Shown here piece by piece: positions 55,783 to 64,000 of a stretch of 64,000 nucleotides of DNA. The first letter of the stretch is position 1. Every line of letters begins with the position of its first letter. A model generated the notes under the pieces. That model was not told the origin of the DNA and did no database searches. It saw only the letters and a list, made by a program, of their open reading frames with translations. The stretch covers positions 1 to 64,000 of the IMG/VR virus record IMGVR_UViG_3300035183_000733; one strand, 5' to 3'. Position numbers and translations under genes: made by a program.

Positions 55783-56182
55783 ACCTCACCAGACCGCCGC
55801 TAACGATGTCCCTCACGAAGTAATCCTTGTACTTTGGACCGACCTCGAACGCGTCGCCGGCATCGCTCATGAACGCGTACGATCCCATGTTTGGCTTGGT
55901 CTCGTTTTCGAACCTCGCGTCCATCTCGTAAAGCACATAAAGCTCCATGTTCATCTCACTTGCTATCTCGCGCAAAGCGACCTCGTCCTTCGTGATGTCA
56001 AGATCCCCATACCACACCTTCTCGAACTCCTTGAGTCCGCGCAGTGTCATAACGACGTTTGCGTTGAATATGACTGCGTTCTTTGGGTTCCTCTCCCTGT
56101 AACCTGATTTAGACATCGATATGATGCGCCCGGAGGCTCCGAGCTTCTCGATGAATAGGCTTCTGATTTTACCCTCGTCCAT
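55775..56182 (-). CDS. hypothetical protein
   Basis: MDEGKIRSLF...; 135 aa. Confidence 0.65.
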   Translation of the reverse strand: MDEGKIRSLFIEKLGASGRIISMSKSGYRERNPKNAVIFNANVVMTLRGLKEFEKVWYGDLDITKDEVALREIASEMNMELYVLYEMDARFENETKPNMGSYAFMSDAGDAFEVGPKYKDYFVRDIVSGGLVRSN

Positions 56183-56184
56183 TA

Positions 56185-57675
56185 TTATCTGTGTATTGAT
56201 AGACCAGCAATATAATTGTTTACGGCGAATACGGTATCGTTGTACAGCTCGGCAACCTTGTCGGAATCCGGCTCGTCCATCAGGTCGGCCTGCTCGAACG
56301 CGGTGCCGAGGTCCTTCAACTTCTGTGCTGCGTCGTCCATGAGCTTGTTCAGCTCCACCTTGCCGTACCGTATACTCTTCAGGTACTCGGCCTCCGGCCT
56401 CCTCACTATAATGCCGCGGCCGGCGGCGATGTCCTCGCTCATGTATATGAGGCGCATGCAATGCAGCATGTTCTTGCCGTCGATCTTCTGGTTGTGTCCC
56501 TCAACGTCGATCCACCTCGCCTCGTTACGCTCGCGCCTCCAGGTCATGTACCGGTTGTACAACTTGCAGTGGGACATGAAACCGTCCTTGTTGTAACTCA
56601 TGTAGCACATTGGTACTGCATCCTTAGGCGTCTTGCTTAGACGGATAGTATCCGAGTCGTCGAGCACGATGCCCTTGTACCCGAGCATCTTCAATCCGTG
56701 TGATTTGACCCATTCAAGGGTCCGCTCCGGATCATCGGCGAAGTACGCACTGAACATGCCTCCGTTTAATTCCCCGAGATACCCACGGACTACATCGTTG
56801 TCCTTTATATCTGTCGCAGGTCGAGCCCCCTCTATTATCTCTTTCAGGTACACGATGGTATGTGCGAGTCGGTCGTAATATACGCCATACATGTCGCGCA
56901 TGTGCTCCACAGCGTTCAGCGCGCAGAACCTCTGTTCCATGCCTCTTTCGGAGAGCCACTGCTCTATGGGAACACTACCCTGACCAACGAACGTGTAGCA
57001 GAAGTCGAGTGGACCCTTGCGTTCCATCTTCTCCTTCTCCCAGTTGTTCAGCTTGTCCTGACCGTCGGCCTTGCGTATCTGACTCTCCCCGTAACCGAGG
57101 AACGCCTTGTAACAAAGCTTCGACAGAAACACTTCCGGGCGTTTGAGCAATATGTCCATCTCTGGGTGTTTGTAAACGAGGCAGTCGTCCGGTATGTCGA
57201 AAACCTCGAGCATGTTTGGGTTGTTCACCGCGAGCAGCGATATGAACTTGCGCATCGAGTAGTAAGTGGTCTCCTCGTTGGTTTCCATGTTCTTCTCCTT
57301 TATTTCCTCCCAGTCGGGGTTGAAATCGAACATGGAGTAGTACGAATCCGGGAATATGAACACGGCCTTGTAGTCGGTGTCGGACGTCGGCACGTTGGTG
57401 CCGTATGCCCTGCTGCCGGTTATGTACTTTAGCACGATGTACTGCTCGATGTCCTTTGACGTGAGGGCCTTCCGGAAGTTGTGCCTCGCGTGCCCGTACT
57501 CGAATCTGTACTTGTCGCCAAGGTAATCGACGTAGACGAACCCATCGAGTATGTCGGTAATGGGGAACGCGTAGTCCTTCTTCTCGAACACCCTCGTGCT
57601 GTCGTCGGTCACGCACAGTGCGGACATCTTATTCTCCACCTTGTAGAACTCTCCTATTTTGAGATTTATTAGCAT
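56185..57675 (-). CDS. DNA polymerase beta superfamily nucleotidyltransferase (RlaP/NrdC.11-like)
   Basis: ITGSRAYGTNVPTSDTDYK; NNPNMLE; KNMLHCMRL. Confidence 0.85.
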   Translation of the reverse strand: MLINLKIGEFYKVENKMSALCVTDDSTRVFEKKDYAFPITDILDGFVYVDYLGDKYRFEYGHARHNFRKALTSKDIEQYIVLKYITGSRAYGTNVPTSDTDYKAVFIFPDSYYSMFDFNPDWEEIKEKNMETNEETTYYSMRKFISLLAVNNPNMLEVFDIPDDCLVYKHPEMDILLKRPEVFLSKLCYKAFLGYGESQIRKADGQDKLNNWEKEKMERKGPLDFCYTFVGQGSVPIEQWLSERGMEQRFCALNAVEHMRDMYGVYYDRLAHTIVYLKEIIEGARPATDIKDNDVVRGYLGELNGGMFSAYFADDPERTLEWVKSHGLKMLGYKGIVLDDSDTIRLSKTPKDAVPMCYMSYNKDGFMSHCKLYNRYMTWRRERNEARWIDVEGHNQKIDGKNMLHCMRLIYMSEDIAAGRGIIVRRPEAEYLKSIRYGKVELNKLMDDAAQKLKDLGTAFEQADLMDEPDSDKVAELYNDTVFAVNNYIAGLSIHR

Positions 57676-57752
57676 ACGCGAATATATGAATAAAAAAAGA
57701 AACCCGCGGCCCTTTACGAACCACAGGTTTCCTCCGACTTAGTTGATGGTGA

Positions 57753-57941
57753 TTACTTTTTCTTTATGGTTATCTGGACCTTCTTGTTGGGGTCCGAAAT
57801 GTCTTGCGCGATGAACACGATGTGCTCATCCTTGCTATCATTGGCGAATATCCTGCACTCCGACAGTTCCGCCTTGAAGTTTCCGAAGTCTATTACTACT
57901 TCGGCAGTCGCGTCCTTATGGACTTTAAGTTGTTCTGACAT
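57753..57941 (-). CDS. small hypothetical protein
   Basis: 62-aa ORF. Confidence 0.55.
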   Translation of the reverse strand: MSEQLKVHKDATAEVVIDFGNFKAELSECRIFANDSKDEHIVFIAQDISDPNKKVQITIKKK

Positions 57942-57998
57942 TTGTTCTTTATTTTGTGTGCTGTCGTCTTTATGTGGCCGCCGACTGCCGCGACAGGA

Positions 57999-58205
57999 TT
58001 AGTTCGGGAGAAGTAGAAATACAGACCAAAGAATAGCGCTGCCACAAAGTAGAATATTCCAGTAGTCACCCAATAGCTCCCAGTCAAGTCCAAAATCATT
58101 TTGAACAAGACGTCGAAGCCCAGCGGGTTGAAGAACATCCCGAGCATTAAGCAAATTATGGCGATTCTGTTTCTCACCCTTTATACTGTCATCTTCCATT
58201 TTCAT
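57999..58205 (-). CDS. small membrane protein region (overlapping frames 57896-58205)
   Basis: hydrophobic stretch; frame ambiguous. Confidence 0.4.
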   Translation of the reverse strand: MKMEDDSIKGEKQNRHNLLNARDVLQPAGLRRLVQNDFGLDWELLGDYWNILLCGSAILWSVFLLLPN

Positions 58206-58220
58206 AAAACACCCAGGTGG

Positions 58221-58454
58221 TCACGCTACGTTTTTGAACACAATGTGATCCATCGGAATACCGCTCCTCACCAGCTCCACATAGTTAACGTCGTAGAACA
58301 ACAGGATCTTGGCGAATCCGCTGTCCGGCAGGTAATCAACTATCTTGCCGATTTCCCCCCCCGATCCGTTTGCCGAGTACACCGGACCGCCGTTGACTAT
58401 GTTCCTATCCAGGCCAGTTCCGACCTGCAGATAGTATTGGTTTACCCTGAACAT
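58221..58454 (-). CDS. small hypothetical protein
   Basis: 77-aa ORF. Confidence 0.6.
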   Translation of the reverse strand: MFRVNQYYLQVGTGLDRNIVNGGPVYSANGSGGEIGKIVDYLPDSGFAKILLFYDVNYVELVRSGIPMDHIVFKNVA

Positions 58455-58474
58455 TCTTATTATATATTCAGGAC

Positions 58475-59194
58475 TTACTGAGCAACAGCGTTAGAAACGA
58501 GATTGCTCAGCGTGTTCGAGAACTCGGTGCATAAATCCATGGTAGCAACAACGTCGCCCTCGCAGTATTTCTTTATGCCCTCGTGGTCTCCGGCATAGTA
58601 GCTAAGGTGCACGCGGTTGGCCTGCATCTCAGCCTTAGGCGATGCGATGCCGAACACGGCCGACATTGTGTCGAGCGATGTGAAGCTCTCCTGCCATGCG
58701 CCTCCGCTCCAGAACTTGGCGATGTCCATGAACTTTAGGTCCCAAGGCTTCTTGTCGTACACGGTGATTATGCCGGACGGCTTGATCTTGTTTATGAGCA
58801 TGCGCTTCCAAAGGAACGGAACGTCAAACCTCTCTATGGTGTGCCCACCGAGGGTGTGCCCGGTTGCGTAAGCGTTGTTTAATACGATGTTGGTCTTTTT
58901 GAGAATGTCGAGCTCGTCGCCCCCGTAGAACGAGTTGATCTTGTACTCGCCGGACGAATCCCACTGGCCGAACGTTACGCACACAACACGACCGAACTCG
59001 GGATGCAACCCGGACTTCAACTTCCACATCTCGTCGACCCCGAGATCTTTGTTCTCGGGGTATCTTTCCCTCAGCCAATCTGTTCTTTTGTGCCAGAGCT
59101 CGGCGAGGCGGGGATGAGCGACCGTCAGGTCGTCGTAGGTAGAGACGATACCTGCTGTCTCAATATCTACAATTACGAGTTTCTTTAAATCCAT
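58475..59194 (-). CDS. DEDD 3'-5' exonuclease (PolB-exo-like)
   Basis: VIVDIET, GHTIERFDVPFL, YCEGDV. Confidence 0.85.
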   Translation of the reverse strand: MDLKKLVIVDIETAGIVSTYDDLTVAHPRLAELWHKRTDWLRERYPENKDLGVDEMWKLKSGLHPEFGRVVCVTFGQWDSSGEYKINSFYGGDELDILKKTNIVLNNAYATGHTLGGHTIERFDVPFLWKRMLINKIKPSGIITVYDKKPWDLKFMDIAKFWSGGAWQESFTSLDTMSAVFGIASPKAEMQANRVHLSYYAGDHEGIKKYCEGDVVATMDLCTEFSNTLSNLVSNAVAQ

Positions 59195-59211
59195 GCCCTT
59201 TATACGGCATG

Positions 59212-59499
59212 TCAGAAGAGAGGTCGCGCTTTTATTTCCTTGATGTCGCTGTGAATGTCGACGTAGAACTTGGACTTCTCCGTGTACACCTTAACGTTCT
59301 TGAGTTTGGCACCCGGCGCAAGGCGCAGGAACTTCTTGGACTGGTTGTACCCGTCTATCACATAGAGCTGGTACTTATTGTGGTCGTCGCCGTTCATGTT
59401 CTTGAATACGAGCCGACGGTACACGTTGCCGCGCACGCGCTCGGGCTTGCCGACCGTAACGAGCTCGGCACATATAATACCCATCTGCTGTTTCATCAA
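59212..59499 (-). CDS. OB-fold-like small protein
   Basis: 95-aa beta-rich ORF. Confidence 0.55.
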   Translation of the reverse strand: MMKQQMGIICAELVTVGKPERVRGNVYRRLVFKNMNGDDHNKYQLYVIDGYNQSKKFLRLAPGAKLKNVKVYTEKSKFYVDIHSDIKEIKARPLF

Positions 59500-59578
59500 A
59501 ACAAATATAAGATAAATAAAGTAATGGAAACGCGTATCGGCATATTCGTTTTCTTTTTGTAAATTTACCCATTAAGTT

Positions 59579-59806
59579 ATGTCAATGAAACAACTCATGA
59601 AGCGATTTACGCAAGGCAAAAAATCACCGGCTGTGTTGCCGACTAAGGCCATAGAGAAGGCCAAGGCCGTGATACGTAGCTGCGAGACATCACTGCAACT
59701 GAGCTCGGCACAGAACTACATCGAACTCGTAAACAAAAAAATAGGGTCTAAATGTAACGAACTGGAGGTACTGTACCAGGACCAGCTCCAAAATTTAAAA
59801 GGATGA
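59579..59806 (+). CDS. small hypothetical protein
   Basis: coupled ORF. Confidence 0.6.
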   Translation: MSMKQLMKRFTQGKKSPAVLPTKAIEKAKAVIRSCETSLQLSSAQNYIELVNKKIGSKCNELEVLYQDQLQNLKG

Positions 59807-60225
59807 AAATAATAAACGGGAAATCTTATATTGAGGTTATCGCCATGGAGTCGAAGCTCGGGAAGGTGAGCACGAACGAGGCGACCATGACGCAGTGGAT
59901 GGCGCTCGGCCAGGTAAAAAAATGTGTGGACAAATCGGAGGCGAAGCTACTCGCTAAGCTCGACGAGAAGTGGAAGAAGCTGTCAGAATCTAAGGTAGTC
60001 ATGTACTATTGCGAGGCGGATCGGACGTCCATCAGCGCGCTCGACATAGATTACTCGTATATGGTTGACAGTGCGCCGACGACTGCGTACGAACTCATCA
60101 TGATGGCGCAGCGCAAGGTTGACCGCGAGATATTCGACACCAAGCTGGCTGCTCGGGCCCTCGCACAGAAAGGGTATTCTATATCGACCAACCCCACACC
60201 AACAAAAAAGTACAGCCTACGATGA
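59803..60225 (+). CDS. hypothetical protein
   Basis: coupled ORF. Confidence 0.6.
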   Translation: MKIINGKSYIEVIAMESKLGKVSTNEATMTQWMALGQVKKCVDKSEAKLLAKLDEKWKKLSESKVVMYYCEADRTSISALDIDYSYMVDSAPTTAYELIMMAQRKVDREIFDTKLAARALAQKGYSISTNPTPTKKYSLR

Positions 60226-60340
60226 ACATCATAATTTCGGACCTCTGGGTTCCGGTAAGGGCACACAGGCCAAGCGCATAGCCGCTCTGGGATTCAACCA
60301 TATCTGCAGGGCGACGTGCTGGATGGAACAAACCCAATAG
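60222..60340 (+). pseudogene. adk: adenylate kinase remnant
   Basis: MNIII..GPLGSGKGTQAKRIA..GFNHI, then truncated. Confidence 0.65.
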
Positions 60341-60368
60341 AAATAATATTCAAAAAAAATAAAACAGT

Positions 60369-60995
60369 ATGTCGATAACAAAAAGTAGAAGTTACAGCAA
60401 AGAGCGCGAATCCCTAACGGAAGCTGCGATGAAGAGCATCGTGTTTAATAAAGAATACAGGTGCTTCAAAAAGGGAGAGCGATATGAGTTCAAGCCCGGA
60501 CTGAACCTGCTCGTCGGAGACCAAGGGTGCGGCAAGAGCACGATAATATCCTGCATGCGCGATGACAAGAACGACCAGTGGACTATAGACGTAGACCCGG
60601 TGGAGTTCAGGTTCCTCGACACCGAGAAGATGAACCCGCGCACGGTCGGAAACCTCAATTACGCGAGAGACGTTGGCTACACAATAGCTTCCAACTTCAT
60701 GTCGCACGGACAGATTCTTCTACCGATGGTCGGGGCGTGCAAGGACATGAAGGGATACATCCTGTTTCTCGACGAGCCAGAGGCGGCGTTGTCTATCCGC
60801 AGTCAGATCAAGGTCGCGGACGCTATTGCCGAGTGCGCCAAGCACAACCAGGTGTTCGCGTGCACGCACAACCCATACATAATCCGCAAGGCCAAGGAAG
60901 TGCTCGACCTCGAGCGCAAGATGTGGACCGACGCGGAGGAATTCATAAAGCACCAAGAGAGTAGAAACCCAAGAAAGAAAAAAGTAAACAGGTAA
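60369..60995 (+). CDS. ABC-type ATPase (AAA_21-like)
   Basis: GDQGCGKST, SHGQ signature, FLDEPE, H-loop THN. Confidence 0.85.
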   Translation: MSITKSRSYSKERESLTEAAMKSIVFNKEYRCFKKGERYEFKPGLNLLVGDQGCGKSTIISCMRDDKNDQWTIDVDPVEFRFLDTEKMNPRTVGNLNYARDVGYTIASNFMSHGQILLPMVGACKDMKGYILFLDEPEAALSIRSQIKVADAIAECAKHNQVFACTHNPYIIRKAKEVLDLERKMWTDAEEFIKHQESRNPRKKKVNR

Positions 60996-61136
60996 TCGTA
61001 ATGCGGGCGTAATCGTCCGGATTGCCGTGCGCGCTGATACTCGACGCAGGACTCACAGAATTCGATAAGCCTACGTATACCTGCCATGTCGGTCGGTCCA
61101 GGATGGTCCGACGAAGTAGACGCCGTCACGGGCGGT

Positions 61137-61499
61137 TTATCTCTGCTTTAATGCCGGCGCGTTATCTATTATTCGCTGTATCCGCTCGAGCTGAATGAGA
61201 TTGTATTTGTTAAACCAGGTGTGCAGCAACTCCATCTTCATCTCGTCCTCGAGCGTTGGGATCGGAACAGAGTACTTCAAAACACCATCATCGTAATCGG
61301 CATTCTCCTCGAGTTCTTCCGCTTCGTCCTTTATGGTCGTGATGTTGTCTTCAATCTCTTCAAGCTTGTCGAGCGCTTCGTCCATGAAGTCGTCTATCTC
61401 GCCTTCCTCGTCCTCTCCGGTGAAGTTGTCTTTCAGATCGGTAACAAGTTCGCGCAGGTCTCTTACCGCGTCTTTGATGTCTTCGATTTCGTCTTCCAT
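61137..61499 (-). CDS. acidic coiled-coil protein
   Basis: D/E-rich heptads. Confidence 0.7.
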   Translation of the reverse strand: MEDEIEDIKDAVRDLRELVTDLKDNFTGEDEEGEIDDFMDEALDKLEEIEDNITTIKDEAEELEENADYDDGVLKYSVPIPTLEDEMKMELLHTWFNKYNLIQLERIQRIIDNAPALKQR

Positions 61500-62098
61500 T
61501 ACTGCATATTTTGGAAATCGTCCAGGTGCATCTTAGGTATCATTATCTTAGAGACCGGACTCAGGTTGTAGAATCCAACGTTCTTGTTCGCGAGGGCCCT
61601 GTGCAGCTGCACGTACTCGTTGCTTATGGTCCCCGCCTTCTTAGACAGCGGGTGGTCACCAGTCTTCGCGAAGAAGTGGTTCGGCGTGAAATCAACGCCG
61701 AGAAGCCCAATATTCTTTGCGCCCATCTTGTACGCGAGTATGACCGCTATGTATGGCGAATTGCTCGTGTAGTCGATAGCTGGTTTGTCGAGTTCACACG
61801 CCCCGTACCTGCCGAGAGTTATCACGCACTTCCGGGCGTCGTCAACTTTCATGCCACGTAGGTGCGTGAATATGACCTGTGCTTGAGTGCTCTCTATGAA
61901 AGACCACCTCTGCTGGCTGAAGCTCACCTTGTCGTTGACGACCACGAGGTAGTTCGGCGAAAATAATCGTTGAATATCATTAACACCAATAGTTATATTT
62001 CTATGTGGTTCAACTAACAAAGTAGCGCTTTCACCACATCCACAAACTATTATGTTTGATCCTTTATGTTTGTTTAATATGCTACCTAACTCTATCAT
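61499..62098 (-). CDS. DUF115/Maf-like glycosyltransferase-associated protein
   Basis: IIVCGCGES, IGVND, GAKNIGLLGVDF. Confidence 0.6.
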   Translation of the reverse strand: MIELGSILNKHKGSNIIVCGCGESATLLVEPHRNITIGVNDIQRLFSPNYLVVVNDKVSFSQQRWSFIESTQAQVIFTHLRGMKVDDARKCVITLGRYGACELDKPAIDYTSNSPYIAVILAYKMGAKNIGLLGVDFTPNHFFAKTGDHPLSKKAGTISNEYVQLHRALANKNVGFYNLSPVSKIMIPKMHLDDFQNMQ

Positions 62099-62399
62099 TC
62101 AAATAGTTTATCATATTTTGAAGCATATTGCAGGAGTCACATAGTAATCCTCACCGCGCCTGTCATCCTCACACGTTGAACAAATCTTTTCATGGTTGCG
62201 GATCCAGAATTTCTACCTCCGTGAATGCAGCCAAATGGAGCACATGTTTTTTGTCCTTGTCCAGAACGAGTACATCCCGTCGATATGGTCGAAGAATATA
62301 ATCTCGCCGACCTTATCGGCGCGCATCCTACCGGTACGTGCACGTCTTCAAGCACTTTGATAGGTCTCCCTTGGTACGTCGTAAAGTTTCATGTGTATT

Positions 62400-63599
62400 T
62401 TATTTGAATCCTATGCCCTTCGTTGGTTTTGAGTCCCCAAGTAGTACAGTGTCGTCCTCGTCCTGCCTCAGCGAGAATATGTCGGCCAGACTCATAGGCC
62501 CGGTTGCCGTATGCTTGATCTCATACTTGTCTATCACCCTCTGAGCATCCTCTTTAGACAGCTTGTTGAACTCCTTTATGGAGAGCATGCGCTGTTTTCT
62601 GAGTATCGCTTCGTCTATCATCTTTATGTCGGAGTTGAATGTGGCAAGCACCTGAATGTTCAGGAAGTCGTTGAGTATGCCATCGGACGAGTTGAGTATG
62701 TTGGACACGCCGTCTCCGCCGTACTGGTTTATGTCCCTCTTGATGAGCACGCGCTCGGCGTCCTCTATCACGAGCAGTATGCCTGGCTTCTTCTTGCCGC
62801 CCTCTTCGTCTATCCTGTCATCAGCCCAGTCGAGCAGGAAGTTGTTGAACACCGGGGTTCCTATCATGTCGACCATGTTGTTCGGCATGTACAGGATATT
62901 CTTCTTCGTTTTCGCCAGGTCTCTTATCAGCCTGCGTATGTAGTACGACTTGCCAGTTCCTGGCGTGCCGTACAGGAGTATGATGCCCTTGTTCTTCTCG
63001 CTTATCCTCTTCAGGTTAAGCTCGTGGAACTTGGAAAACCCGTCTCCGTAGTGAATGTCGAGGTCGAACTTCAGGTCCGCGCTTATCATCGGCAGCTCCT
63101 TGGTGTACAATCCGGACTCTGAGTCCTGGCACAACAAGTGAATCCTGTTTATCTCGTCCGACGTCTCGAGCTTTATCTTGTGCAGCGCCTCGACAAGCTC
63201 ATCGGGGACACCCACATACTGATTGTACATGATGTCAACCTCCTGACACACGAGCGTGCCGTGTTCCTTGTCCTTGAACTTCTTCTGCGCCGGCTTTATC
63301 TTGTAGTGATCGTCGTCGGCAGAGTGAGACCTCCTGTTGCGAACGTACACGATGCTGTCCTTGTACTTTATGCGCATGAGGACCTGCTGGTACTCGTCGT
63401 CCTGGTACTTCCAGTCCAGGCTGCAGTCCTCCTTGTAGATGTCCTGTATAACAGATATGAACTGGTTAAACAAGAACGGCCCGTTGATCCGCATCCATGA
63501 CGGTACGACCGAGTTGTCCTTTACGAAGAAGTTTAGCGCGTCAGATTCCTCCTCGTGTATCCTGTGCCCGAGCTTGTCTATCTTTAGTTTATCCATCAT
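62400..63599 (-). CDS. AAA+ ATPase (BCS1-like)
   Basis: LLYGTPGTGKS, VIEDAE, ATFN...DEAILR. Confidence 0.85.
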   Translation of the reverse strand: MMDKLKIDKLGHRIHEEESDALNFFVKDNSVVPSWMRINGPFLFNQFISVIQDIYKEDCSLDWKYQDDEYQQVLMRIKYKDSIVYVRNRRSHSADDDHYKIKPAQKKFKDKEHGTLVCQEVDIMYNQYVGVPDELVEALHKIKLETSDEINRIHLLCQDSESGLYTKELPMISADLKFDLDIHYGDGFSKFHELNLKRISEKNKGIILLYGTPGTGKSYYIRRLIRDLAKTKKNILYMPNNMVDMIGTPVFNNFLLDWADDRIDEEGGKKKPGILLVIEDAERVLIKRDINQYGGDGVSNILNSSDGILNDFLNIQVLATFNSDIKMIDEAILRKQRMLSIKEFNKLSKEDAQRVIDKYEIKHTATGPMSLADIFSLRQDEDDTVLLGDSKPTKGIGFK

Positions 63600-63696
63600 G
63601 TTGTTTTTATTTGATTTATCTGCAATGTTGCGCCTCCCTGTTTTATATATCGGAAAAAATTAGGGGGCTTTTGTCGCCCCCCCTAATAAACTGGTT

Positions 63697-64000
63697 TTAA
63701 ATAGTGTAACCGCCACAGCGGATCTTCTTACCGCGGTGCGTGAAATCTGGAGCCGGCGCTTCATCGTACAGCACCACGAAATTCTGGTCTATGTACCTCC
63801 TGAAGTCTTCGGGCGTTATCAGGTTGATGTTATCGTAAGTGTTCAGCCCGAGCAGGTTGACGTAGAACTGCGCGAACTCACTGCAGATGAACCGGTCGGA
63901 CTTGCCGAGACCGGTAAGGTCTATTCCGGTCTTCTTTATTAAAGCGATGCGCAGCAGCAACGTGTTGTCGTACTTGACCTCCTTGCCGCCCCAATAAGAG
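63697..64000 (-). CDS. permuted papain-like (YiiX/YebB) enzyme, partial
   Basis: RFICSEF...ITPEDF; runs off window end. Confidence 0.55.
   Translation of the reverse strand, partial: SYWGGKEVKYDNTLLLRIALIKKTGIDLTGLGKSDRFICSEFAQFYVNLLGLNTYDNINLITPEDFRRYIDQNFVVLYDEAPAPDFTHRGKKIRCGGYTI

Noticed and set aside
1432-60340. Programmed frameshifting at the many broken genes (1490, 2260, 6090, 7370, 11500, 22720, 39050, 46290, 49800, 52830, 60240)
   Set aside because: No common slippery site or stimulator; the scatter looks like consensus indel errors or decay.
112-63942. Long antisense or alternate-frame ORFs in the track (e.g. 3281-4228, 9413-10255, 25851-26813, 53219-54118)
   Set aside because: They are shadows of high-GC3 real genes on the other strand or frame and have no motifs.
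1-64000. Genome-wide TAG reassignment (genetic code 15)
   Set aside because: TAG terminates many genes with new starts or terminators following, and long conserved ORFs have no internal TAG; only local readthrough is supported.
1-64000. CRISPR array, rRNA or transposase
   Set aside because: No regularly spaced identical repeats, rRNA-like sequence or transposase/integrase motifs seen.

Overview
64 kb of a jumbo/mega tailed phage, most likely infecting Bacteroidota. Support: TAnnTTTG host-type promoters, A-rich SD-less start regions, GH19 endolysin, phage sigma factor, about 22 tRNA genes, and many ORFs with a T4-like capsid-targeting N-terminus; no capsid or tail genes lie in the window. Contents: (i) a 0-8 kb array of putative virion-packaged effectors (ADP-ribosyltransferase-like, GNAT, HEXXH protease); (ii) translation and RNA-repair genes (IF3, Pth2, GluRS, truncated ArgRS, RRM, Smr, Pol-beta NTase, TROVE/VWA-like); (iii) five or six tRNA clusters; (iv) metabolic and ion-homeostasis genes. 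Main discovery: four tRNA operons are each preceded by promoter - short leader peptide - intrinsic terminator. Each leader is enriched in the codons read by the downstream tRNAs (Y/N/Q; V/F/P; H/W/Ile-AUA; I/R) and carries a segment complementary to the terminator 5' arm. This looks like codon-sensing transcription attenuation of phage tRNA genes. Other highlights: a peptidyl-tRNA hydrolase gene gated by an amber codon at position 3 (ATG AAG TAG) next to a CUA suppressor tRNA; three tRNA scaffolds carrying a repeated TTCAGTA RNA module upstream of a macro-like/VWA-TROVE-like/ARPP-1 operon; and several arm-less or enlarged tRNA mimics. Caveat: many genes have single frameshifts, suggesting consensus errors, so single-base oddities need read-level confirmation.
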